Source: Lingula anatina
Lineage: Eukaryota > Animalia > Brachiopoda
Direction of reading: 5' to 3'
DNA length: 64,000 nucleotides
Assembly: GCA_051362555.1 (NCBI GenBank)
Contig: CM120640.1
Coordinates: 9,052,001-9,116,000 of the forward strand
Below the pieces are notes generated by a model. It searched no databases, was not told the origin of the DNA, and was given only the letters and a program-made list of their open reading frames with translations. The translations under genes and the position numbers were made by a program. This document shows, one piece after another, positions 52,091 to 64,000 of this stretch (positions within the stretch are counted from its first letter, which is position 1; each line of letters opens with the position of its first letter).

Positions 52091-53405
52091 AGCACTTGAG
52101 ATGTATATACGACTGTCTTGGCAGTTCTAGTATTGATGTAACGTTGCCTTCTGTTGATTGATTTTGATGAATGGTTGCTATTATGTCACTGAACAACTTC
52201 TGTTTCTTGGATTTCTGTTACATTTCTCTGCTATTGATTAGATAAATGTTACGGACACCACTTTCATACAAAACCACACCAAAGACCAAAACGCCTATCA
52301 TTATTATTTTTTATGTAAGGAAGTTGGTAATGAGACCATCGTTGCTGATCAATCACCAATGTGCCTGCCCCATAAATGCAAATTGCGCTTTTGCAGTAAA
52401 AGAAGTAGTGTTACCTTCCAGTGCACCTGTGGAAACCATCCAAACTGTCTCCTTCAAGAGCTGTTTTTAATGGTTGCTGTATTATGCATTTATGTTGTAG
52501 ACATAAAAACTCACTGCTTCATAAAATGAAGGGTTTTAAAGGGCGTTTTGAGTATCATTATTTTTAAAGATTCACAGAAATCACATTTCACTTCAGCTTG
52601 TTCTTTAATAATTCATATGCTTAATGTAACTATTGCATACTGATTAAAATCAAATTTGGTGAACCAGAATGACACCCTTTTGAGTTACTACTGTGGAAGA
52701 AATATGCCATCTCCAAGTAATCAGTATTTCCATATTGATTTCCTTCTTAATTAGTCAGATTACCTTTAGAACAAGTGATACATTATTCATGTGTCCGCTG
52801 CTAGAGGAGTGTATGAGAAATGACAATAATGAATTTTCTCACAGTTGGGGAGAAATATTAGATTATTATTTTTTTTGTCTCATTTTTTTCTTTCAAGATA
52901 AAAGCTGAGTTTTTTCCTTCAATCTGTCTGTCTGATTGTCTCCCACTATCTGAGAGAGAAAGAGAGTGAGGGTGTAAGTCTGGAGCTGATGGTGATAAAT
53001 TTTTTTTCTAGTTTTCCTTGTTCCTGGGCATAAGTAAAGATATCAGCAGCAGTCAACTTTGATTTTCATAAAATACACAGCAAGGTTCTTTCAAAGGTGA
53101 TCCCTGGAACAAACTGGTCATCTAGGATTGAAGTGATATTTGAATGGCCACTGCTCCAAATAATAATGGTGGTCAGATTATTTATAATGTTGACAAATTT
53201 TTTGGACTCCACAAATGCTATGTATAATTAGTAAGACATTGTCAGAATATTCTTGGTGAATCTAGAACTAATAGTAGAATTGTAAAAAAGAATTGAGGGA
53301 TAAAGAGTTCAGCTCTAGCAACATTGCACAGAAGACCAATTATTTGTTGCAAAGTCTTATGATATCTTATTGCCCAGAAATGGGCCAGTCTACTCCCCCC
53401 CCCCC

Positions 53406-53451
<46 letters not shown>

Positions 53452-56201
53452 TTTATATTGCTGAAGAATCTGGAAGGACAGTTTTATGGACTTGGAAACA
53501 CATTAGCAGGAACTTAAAAGGGTAACTAAATAGGCCTCCACCACTTCTTTTCACACATTTATTCAATCTTATCCCCTCATTTATCTGCATAAACAAACAG
53601 GTGGAAAGTTTTTTAAGTCCACATGACAGATTGATTCTCCTAGAAACTTGGTTAAAAACTTTGACCTATAGATACCCATTGCTTTTTATGTACTTCACAC
53701 AGTGTGGCTGAAAACTTACACAACCCATACAAAAAGAGTCATCTTTGAAGACTGAAAAAAAAAAGGTAAATTTTGGTGTAAGAGCAATGTCTGTGATGGT
53801 CATTAACCTTTTATGTGGTGATATATCGGACACTCATTCTTGGATCTTTTTCCTTCTCCTATGGAATGAGACAAAAAAAAAAAAAAACATTGCCTACCAT
53901 TCCTGAATAGCACAGTGTGTGAAATTTTGCCCTGGTAATGTGTGTGGAAGTCAACAATTTAGTGCTGGTTTGGAGTCTTGTAATGTGTGGAGTTGGAGGT
54001 CTCCAGTTACCCCAGCTATATCATCAGTCTGACCAGCCATGTGGAACCTCACTGCCATATTTCACTGCCCATGCTGATTTTTTGACTCAGGAGATCAATT
54101 GTTCTGACTGGATTCTCTTGCTTCTGCTAAGGGAACTGGAATTTATTGTTGTCATCTGAGAAGTTTGCTTCTTTTGACACTGGACGGCTTTGGAATTGTG
54201 CTCAATAATTTGCCTTATAATGAGGCAGACATGTCTTTTATTATAGTCAATACAGGGGATTTTTGGATGTGTTGAAAAGTGAAGTGTGCATGTTAGACTT
54301 GGCTGTGTGCTTACGTGGGCTTTGTACCTGTCATTATTGTCTCATTTGAAGGGAATAGTAGGAAAGAAGAGCCCTCCTCATTGTAACAGAAAGAGAGTAT
54401 TTTGGCTGTCTCCATCTTTTGTTGGCAACTTTCTTTTAAGGGTAGCCATACAAAACCAGTCAAATCTTAGCATTTTTGAAATAGCTGTCTGCTCTTGGTT
54501 ATTCCTTCTCCTGAGTTCTAGTTAGTGTGGGATGAGAGGTTTGATGAGTCCAAAGTGGTTGTGAGATGCTCCTAGTATAAAAAGGTTAACTGGATAAAGA
54601 TTATGTGGATGAAGAGATGATCCCTCTCCAGACTCCTGAGGAAGTAGGAAGCCTGAGTGATTTCCTGCAGATAAAAGATAATTCATAAAACACTTTGAAA
54701 GATTTGCAGAATACCACTGCAAGTTACCACCAGGCTGTCAAGATAAGGATCCTTAGAAGATCTGGTTAAACTGTCAAAGATTTTAAGTGGAAATGCCTTC
54801 AAATGGTGGTTGGGCTAGAAAGATTTTTAGGAGGTGTGTGGCTCTGTCATTTCAGAAAAGGATTTGAAAAGAGACGATTGCCTGGCCTTAGAATGTCTGG
54901 CCATTAAAAACCCACCATTTATGTTAAAAGTAAACATATTTAGGGCATATTTGTGCAAAAAGGGAATTCAGCTAATATTGAATATTGAATTCTCTCAATA
55001 TACAAAACTTCATTAATTCATAGCAGTGAATATGATTCTTTTATAATATGCAGCCAAGATTATTTCTCTTTGATGTAAGGCAATCTCTCTAATACACCAA
55101 ACCTTTTAGTGAATGGGTAAAGTAACAGTATCTCTGTGATAAGCTTGCATCACAGTTTACATGTCTTTTTAATGTGCCATTTCATAGCAGACCAGGTGGC
55201 CTTATGATCCCACTTCTTTTACACAATACTGACAACTTCAAACATTTTATAAGCAGTTTGGATATACATCTATACCTGTTTACGCACTACTGGAAGTCTT
55301 TTTTGCTCTTTATGATTTGATTTTATAAACAAGAACACACTTCAGTACCTTATAGAGATATCGGTTGCAAATTTAGTACATGTCTCTCAGATGTGAACTT
55401 ATGAGGTTTGCTAAATTCAATTTACAGTCTCTAGTTGAATTTTCTGAACTAAAAAACCAAAGATTGCTACCTGTGTTGTATCATTCTGTTGTTTTTTCCA
55501 GTTAATGACATATTTATGCACATGTATAAAAAATATTTTAGAGTGAAATGGTTTTTAATTTCAGCGCTGATGGGTGTGTGTATGCATAACTTAAGATAAG
55601 GTTTATGAATATCACACTGGTTAAAACAGTTTTTATGTACATTCCTGTAACAACTCGGTGTATATGCCCCACTGTCATCAATTATCTAAGTAATTTTCAT
55701 CTGTTATTTTGGTCTATCAGTGCTCCTGATTTAACTCTCCAGTCCCAGTTGACTCCAGATTTAAGTGACTACCCATGTCCTGTAAGTGAATGGAATTTAG
55801 AATAATGGTTATTACCTGCGATATGTTTCAGCCTCCAGAACCGTGTCTGCTGATGGTTGAGCTTTAATTCCCATATTATTGCAAATCCAATAAGTTACTT
55901 AATTTAATGGAAATGTAATTTTGGCCCCCAAGACCTTAATCAGTGTCATTTTGAAAACAATGACAGATAGGACAGATTTTCATACAAAGCCTAAAGTATG
56001 CTCAAAGAAACGTTGATCCAATTTTTCTGACATGTTGTGTGAAATTTTGATAGGCTGATGACTTATTTCTCCAGAGAGTTTATCAAATGGTCATGTACCA
56101 GTCTGTGCTTACTGTGGACCAACTGTTAGTGTTGAATTGAAGTGAGCTTGGCTGTGTGTTTCGCTGTTGTTTAACTATGACCCATGTTTTTATCATTGCA
56201 G

Positions 56202-56268
56202 TGATGCTGACTATATGCTGTATAATGGCAGATGATGAAGATTATGTGTGGGATTCAGATGTGCGGCC
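56202..56268 (+). CDS. Putative second coding exon of the plus-strand gene (-VMLTICCIMADDEDYVWDSDVRP-)
   Basis: Acceptor tttttatcattgcag| and strong donor CC|GTAAGT. A phase-1 join to 19343 gives a continuous signal peptide IAVMFTVVVMLTICCIMA followed by acidic DDEDY. Confidence 0.55.
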
Positions 56269-59200
56269 GTAAGTTTCGCATTTCTTTTATGGCAAAATTA
56301 CTGTTGTGAAATATTCTGTCATATGGATTTTGTTTAGATACTGACTGAATTTTCCTTTGTGTTCAGTGTCAATCTTAACTAATTCTACATTTGAACATCT
56401 TTTAAAGATTTGTTTTTAAATTTTACTGATCCTAACTGAAATTAATTAAATTTTTATATTTTATGATATGTGCATAATCTCAAATTGCAGTTTTTTACCA
56501 TTATTTTTATTAAATGTCTTAAAAAGATAGTTTACTATAATAGTCACAAAACTATATTTTGATACAATAAAGCCTAAATTTAAATAAAAGTTCTTAGTTT
56601 ATAGACAGCTGTGATGTTTCAAAAGGTCATTTGAGTTTAGTGGTGCTGTAAACTTTTTCCAACAAAGAAATGGTACCATATAAAAAAGATGGGATATCAC
56701 ATTTTTATATAAAAACACTGTATATGTCTATTATTCTGATCACCTTTGTTTGTCCTGTCAGTACTGTTCCAGTTCCTGTTAAATGCAATTCTTCCTTCAG
56801 TTTCATTTTATTGGCAAAAATGCAAGTTATTCTAGTCATTCTGGCATTTTCATATATTTTTATTGCTTGTCTTATAATTTGCCTTACCACATTTTTGTTT
56901 TAATGCAAAAATATTTGGCACACAAGCAAATGATGTTTGTGAATTTGTATAGTCTGAACATTTCAAAAATGTGGTCACAGTTTTTATTGTTTTGAAAAAC
57001 AACATTTTCATTTTTTCAACTTTTTCTAGTAAGTGACCTATCATTTTAATGCAAACTGTTAAGTCAGTTAAGTCTTTTTTTGAGTAAACTTAGTTTTTCT
57101 TGGTATTTGGGTATGAATTTCTGAAATTGCCAGGATTCATTTTGCTGTATAATTTGGTGAAATAGACTATACAACCTCTAGCCATAACCTATACTACTTT
57201 CAGTATATTTTTTATAGCTGAATGTCTGCACATGTCTCAGCTTTGCTGTATTGTTATCATGACTATATGATTAACGTCCATTTTATGCTTCTTAAACAAC
57301 CCTTAAGTGATTTTAGAGTTTATAATTTTTTATTCATGAATCTTTTCAGAATCGTCCAATACTTTTCAAACATTAGTCATCATTGAAGAAAGCAGTTAAT
57401 CAATCTGATTGCTCCAAGATTGTAATTTATAGGTGGTTTAATCCTCATCAAGTGGAGAGAACAATGACATCTTCCTCCTGTATCTAATTTACTGTAATTG
57501 TAATTGCTGCTTTATTATGTTTTATAGATCATTACAGAGGTATTTTGATAATGTATCGCTGTTTCATTGCCTGTACAAATACAGGACTTGGTTGCAGGCT
57601 CACAGAGCCTGCCTGTATCAATAATGATTAAATAGCATGGTGTAATCAACTTCATCTTGGTTTTGTCATCAAGATAGCCTAATCAATACTGGTATCTTAT
57701 ATAATCTGATCCTACTCAGACACTTGCAATCAAATCAAAATGTGTTGTCTTTGACCATGGGTAATGGATGGATTTTCCTGGCCTTGCTGTTTGGATTTAT
57801 CAGGAAGGCTGTGTGTTTCCTGACTGAGTGTCCAAACACGCCAGGACAAGAAGCTTTGTTGTTTTGAGGAAACACCTGGAAAACTTGTTAAAACTAAAGC
57901 AATCTTACACCACCAAGGAGGTTTATCTGTGATTTTTGAAAAAAACAAGTTCAACCAAATTTCCTCTGCACATATTTCAAGTTTGATGGTTCAGTGATAT
58001 TTATGTGATTGCTAATGAAATGCTACTGATGAGTTAGATGCAAGATAGTGCATGTGTAGAGAACATGACTTGTGTGTTATCTTTTTTGTTGATGCTGTAA
58101 ATCTGTCACTTTTGATCTGATTTTTTTTATTATTTATAGGTTGTAAAAAGTTTCCATTTTAGGCTGTTGGATCTTTATCACAGAGAGCAGGTGTGAAAGG
58201 TTGCTTCCGAAAAAAAATCACCTTTATCAAATTAAAGAAGAAGTTGTACTGCATGTGGGGCTGGGAAATAAAATTCTATGAAATATGATATATTTTAAAC
58301 CCATCTTCTTGTGTGTGTTTGATTAGGATTAAGAGATATCCCGCCCAGGTTATATTTGAACAATCCAAACTAATCACATCACAGAAGACTGTTCCCTTCA
58401 CAATCGTATATATTCATAGGTCTCCTTTTTAAAGTTCAATACCAACTAATCCTTCTTATAAATACTGCATGAGGTAAGCTGATTAATTATTGACTACTGT
58501 ATTATTCCTGCATGCCCTCAAATGCAGGTGGGAGGGCAATGGAGGAGGAAGGAGAAGATTGTGTTACAGAACCTGTCTGCAGCTGGGTTTACTCTGAGTG
58601 ATTTGAGACGAATTGGGACCAAGAAAAAAATTACACACAATAGAGGGGACTATTGTTAAAGAAAGTTTTGTCAGAATAGTTTTTTTTTTTTTTTTTTGTT
58701 CATTTTTTTGCTCGATTTGAATATTAAGTTGGGTGGAAAAAAAGTTTGGATGTGCATGTGTGTTGGGGATTGGGGGGGGGGGGGGGAAGGGGTATAAGAG
58801 AGAAGCCAATCTTAATTTCTTTCCTGTTATAGGTTCCATACAGACACAGCATAGGATAAAGAGGAGGGGGGAGGTATGAAGGTAAATGTGAAGGTAAATC
58901 TATTCCTTACTGCACTTGAAATTGCATGTGGTGCAGCTCAAAATTTCGACATGCATTGCATGATAGGTGCTGATATGAAAGAGAAGATAATTGTTCAGTT
59001 GAAGAGCTTCACTGGGCAGAGAAAAAGTCCAATCCCAAGGATGGCACTTAGGGAATGGATTCAACATGAAATAATATTCATTCTCTTAAGTGGAAATACT
59101 TGTCTTTAGGCCCAGTCATGCATAGATATGTGATTGACTTCTTGCCACAAGAAAAATGACGTCCCTTCTCTCTTTAAAAATGCATTTAGTTGCCAGTTTA

Positions 59201-61038
59201 AGGGTGATATTTGAGATAAAAAAGAAAGTGTGAAGCCTTTAATGATTAATCCATTATTCCAGACAGCATTGGTGAACTGTAAAATTATATGCAGATTGGC
59301 GTGCTTTCCAATATCTTCTCATTCCATTAAACAGATAGCTACGTAAACTCATCCCCAAAGTGGAGAGGGAGTTGAGCCAGATCTCCTGCTCTTTTGTTTC
59401 CGGCTTTGACTCTGATGGCCGTGGGACTATTGAAAAACTAGACACAAAAGACCAGCATTAGATGTTGACTTAGTAATATACAGCAAATATAGACTATTAT
59501 CAAATCAGAACACACTGTGGATCAAAACACTTGGTTAATTGAATTAGCAATAAGTCTGCCCCATGGTTGTTAATTTCCCTGATTTTTAATTTAGGAAAAA
59601 AAAAAATAATTACAGAAAATTGTCTGAAAAAAGTGAAAAGCTGTTATTGTGTTTAATTTCCAATTGTCTTAAGGCAAATATGCACAGCACATTATAATTA
59701 TGAACACACAGACAGGCAACAGATCTGACTAGACTGGTTGACAGATATGATGTCCATCACTGTCTGTACTTTCAGCATGTCTCCAGGTAGTAATAAGCTT
59801 TTCCTGTACCACCTCACAAGATTCATATCCTCCTCAACTGCATCTGGCTCAGTTCTGGCTAAATTGAATATGGTGATAATTGGCAATCATTGTGGACTGA
59901 ACTTTGTCGCAGTTTTCATACATCAAAACATGATGATTTCCCAGGATAATTTCCAGCCGTCAAAGCTTGAAGGAAAAGAATGGCTGTCACATGGCTGCCT
60001 CGAGACTGAAATCGGAATTAGCACCATTCACAGTGTTTTGTGACAGTGTTGGTATTCTGAATGTCTCTACCTGACTGGGCTGAAAGTAACAATAACTTCA
60101 AAAATCCAATAAAGGATGATGGATATAAATGCTAATTCTTCAAATTGAGCAGATAAGTTAATTTTCCAAAAGGTCGCCTAGCTGGATTGTCAGATGATAA
60201 TTAAGCTGACTGGAGATGGTTTGTATTAAGATACAGCTGTAATATCATGATAGTGCAGATGCAGTGTTAGAATGATTTCAGTCAGAATTAGCTTACAACT
60301 TGAATTATTAAGTGATATGATTGCAATTAAGCCATATCACAGTTTAACCTGTTCTTTTCATCATTGAATTTGATATCTTGATATTGTACTAATAGGTGCC
60401 TAATAGACCACAATTTATTGATATCCGTTAACAGAGTAACCACTGCTCACACTGCCAAAAATAAAAATCTGCCAAAGTTATAAATTCCTCTTGCTGATGA
60501 GAAGTAAAAGGGTATTGTTTTGCACATGTGCATGTGATTATAATAATAATAATAGCAAGATTAAAATCTAAACAATAAAAACCTGAAAAAAAAGTAGAAA
60601 AATAATTTCAAATGTCAAAGCGTTTGACCTCCAATTTCCCTGCAAAACCCCATGTCACATGAAGGTTGCCTCTGGAATTTATTTCCTGCAGATAGTCACT
60701 TTCCCATCTGTAAGGTGACTGGTAAAGTAGGGTTTCATTTGCCCACCAAGTAAGAAATGCCTATAATATCCAAGAAGAAAGTTCTATTAAGACATTTTAT
60801 TACCCATGTGGGTAATCCAAAGTGTCTTTGATTGTAGACTTGAGAGTCTAAAACGAGCAAATGTGTTATTACTGATTATTTTGCTATTTTGTATTTGTTG
60901 GAGTGCTCTTTTTAAGACAAAGCAATTAACCTCAGCAGCTGGTTCCAGCTGAAGGATCTGAATGCATATCAGCTGATCAGCTGGTCCAGTATCAGGCCAG
61001 GAATACAAGCTGCTCTTCTGGGTTGAGGGACATGTTAG

Positions 61039-61088
<50 letters not shown>
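61039..61088. repeat. (AAT)n microsatellite
   Basis: About 16 perfect units. Confidence 0.95.
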
Positions 61089-64000
61089 TCCTTTTTTTCT
61101 AAGACTTTCTTTCATAAAAGTAAAAAAGTTTGCCATGCCAGATTATTTTCTTGGTTACATTACAATCACTTATTAATGAAATATTCATAGCTAACTGTTA
61201 CAGTCTCATATATTGTCACTTAGAACAAAGGGCCACCATACTCATTGCTAGCATATAAAATGTATGATACTTCTTTCATTGTTAAATCTCCACAATACAG
61301 TCATATCATCTACCCTTATGTGCAGCTCTGCTGAAGTAATGATAAATGCCTCATTTGTGAAATTTTTCCAAGACACAATAAACCAGCTTTGAAAGTGGTA
61401 AAAATCAATGTTTTGCCATTTCATTGGCATTTTATTTCAATTACCATGATTACCAGGGTTGGGGACAAGTCGGTCTAAATCTGGCTGTACTCATTCATCA
61501 TTTTCCTAGATATCCACTCGATCAACAAGATTCTAATTAATGAAAAAACTTCATTTCTGTAAAAGGTACCTGTACATTAGTCTTTTTACTGATGTTAAGA
61601 TTTATCTGATTCTTATGAAAGCAGTTATTTTTTAGTATTGAATGGATCTGTGAGAACAAGATGTTATTCTATAAAATGTCCTAATATCGGAGATAGGGGG
61701 TGGGGTTGGAAGAAGCAGGATAGGTAATATGCAATGTTCTAATTCACATTAGTGAATGTCTATAAAACTGCATAAATATTTCCTTTTTAACTATGAGTCA
61801 TTTTATGTTATTTTAACCATGAAGGCAATATTTTGGATACATTTAATGCATTATAATGGGCTTTACTGATTGAATTTTATCAAATAGGGCAGCTAGAGCA
61901 GTCCATCCTTAGATGCTGTTCAAAGAAGCCTCCCATCAGGCACATGACGTCATGAAAAAAAAAAAAGAATCAAATTTGCCATTGTGCGTCTCTGGAGATT
62001 CTCTTCTTTATGGGCAGGGCAGCCCAGTTTCCTTTTTTGCTTTCTTTTCCACATCATCTTCATATGGATATATACAAAAATGCAGTACTAAGAATGTTGA
62101 ACTATAAAGTCTGAAATCAGCCTTGAAAAATGCAAAATCCACTTTTCACTGTTCATTTTGGCAATGCCTTCCTCTAGATGTCTAATATACTGTTTGCTAT
62201 ATGGCCACACAACTGACTTCCTGTGCCTTTGCCAGTAACTCCCAAGAAAGAATAAATTTAAATGGATGTTAAATGGATTTAGAGCACTTAAGGGAATTTG
62301 TGTACGATTTGTAATATATTTGTTTACTTTGCCAAAATATACTGATTCATCCCTTCCGTATATCTGTCAAGACCAGTAGGTTTTTTTTTTCTCAGTCTTT
62401 TTCAAGTTACGTCTTTGCCTATCAGCCTATCTGTGAACTGTTATAAAGTTGGTTTGTTTGACATGTAGGCCAGCATGGGGTCCAGTTTGTATATAACACC
62501 TTTGTTACTAAGAAACCTGAAGCCGTACCACTGAAGTGTTTTCTCAGTTGGCCGTTCCATTACTCTCAACCTCACTCTGTAGTGGGTAGGAGCACATGGG
62601 AAGGCGAAGCCACAATTCCCACTTTAGAAGATCCCAAATATCCCACACCACCACATGGGTTTAGAAAAGAATAAGACAGAAGCCATGGAAACCTTTGTGA
62701 TTAGCTACAGGAAAGGGTTGGCCTCTGGTCACACACACTAGGAGAGAACATAATAACATTGTGTGGTGGGCAACACGTCTGGTCAGTGGTGAGAGGGTGG
62801 TCAGTTTTGTCTGCTACATCCATGCATATCACTCAACACTATGGTTTAGCCTTTCTTTGGGACCCCAGGAATCAATGTGGTCAGTCCATCTGCCTCTCCA
62901 CACCATTCCATACAGCACACAGAATATTGAGGTAGCAAGGGACTATATGGACCTGAAGATTTACTCGGATGAATGAACATCATGTATCTGTTCTAGGAAA
63001 ATGTTTGTGGAAGTAATTTGATTCGCACTCAATGTGAGCATTAATTCCCCTTAGGTGTTTTCCACCAGTACAAATTGGCTGTGGTCAGAGGGAGGAGGCA
63101 TCTGGGGTTTTTAAAGTTAAAATATTGGTAGAATAAATGAAAGGGATTGCGGTAACAGAAGCGGATTATCAAGCTGCAGTATTAAGACCAAGATGAAGTT
63201 ACGCAAGGAGGTGACTCCAGCCACCTGATGTGTGGCCATGCACTGGAAACTTCATCAGAAAATCCAATTGAACACAGTCTAGCAACAGTGCAGTGATTTT
63301 CAGTGGAAAATAGGATTTATCCAACTTGGCATTGTGTCTAATTCAATGTTGCTCTTGGCGTTAGAAGTGTGCTTGCCTCTACATGACTGGTTGAGGAGTG
63401 ATTTGGGAGATGTCATTAGAGCAAAAGAAACTAGTTGAATATAGCCACTTTATATGAAAACGGGGCAAATATTTTTGCTGCATATCTTGCAGACTGCCCA
63501 TGCCCAAATACCCTGGAAACTAGCAAGATTTAGGAAGCTAAAAAGATTTCACATGATGGCCTCATGCTAGTTTTACTTGGCTGAGTTTGTTACGCTTGGG
63601 CGTTTATAAATAAATGGAATTAGGCACAGGAGTAGGACAAATTGGATCTTATTTCAGTGGAACGAAGGAGAACAGAGTTGTCTGGGAAGGTTAACTTTAC
63701 AGCATGCTAACATTGAGTTTAATTGCTTTGAATTATACAGGCAGGAAAAATGCTCCGGTAAAACAAGAGAGGATTGCAACACACAACAATGTGAAACAGA
63801 GCCACATATGACTAACAATTTTTTTGGCAGCCAATTTGTCAAGGGATTGGTGAACCAGCTTTCTGTTTCCATAGAATTAATGAAGAGATCAACCTTATTA
63901 ACTTTGACATGGTTTCCTATCTTTTTTATATTGTCACCCTCTGAGCTTCAACATCAGGAAATGACAAACTGAGAAAGTACAGTAGGAGCCTTTTTGTCAC

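Noticed and set aside
53395-53447. Long C and A homopolymers (also at 6337-6375 and 243-258) as possible retroposon tails
   Set aside because: No adjacent SINE/LINE body or TSD was recognised; treated as simple repeats.

Overview
AT-rich eukaryotic (invertebrate, probably lophotrochozoan) genomic DNA with spliced genes; most ORF-track entries are spurious. The first 17.3 kb holds three tandem, minus-strand, intron-containing genes for nicotinic-receptor ligand-binding domains (AChBP-like), assembled here by hand from splice signals. Gene B (17249->14923, 234 aa) is secreted, has an intact loop C (YYACCPEPY) and no transmembrane region. Gene C (13554->7023, 259 aa) has lost loop C and ends in a small exon that reads as a GPI-anchor signal. 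Gene A (2908->400) runs off the window. B keeps the principal-face binding residues and C keeps the complementary-face Trp, which suggests (inference) a channel-less, GPI-tethered heteromeric ACh-binding complex. A divergent plus-strand gene probably starts at 19274, and its signal peptide appears to be completed by an exon at 56202 after a ~36.9-kb CpG-depleted intron. That interval contains two near-identical Helentron/HINE-type elements carrying 146-bp satellite arrays and a deleted ISL2EU-type transposon (THAP-DDE plus YqaJ remnants). All coordinates and motif calls were read by eye; no database searches were run.
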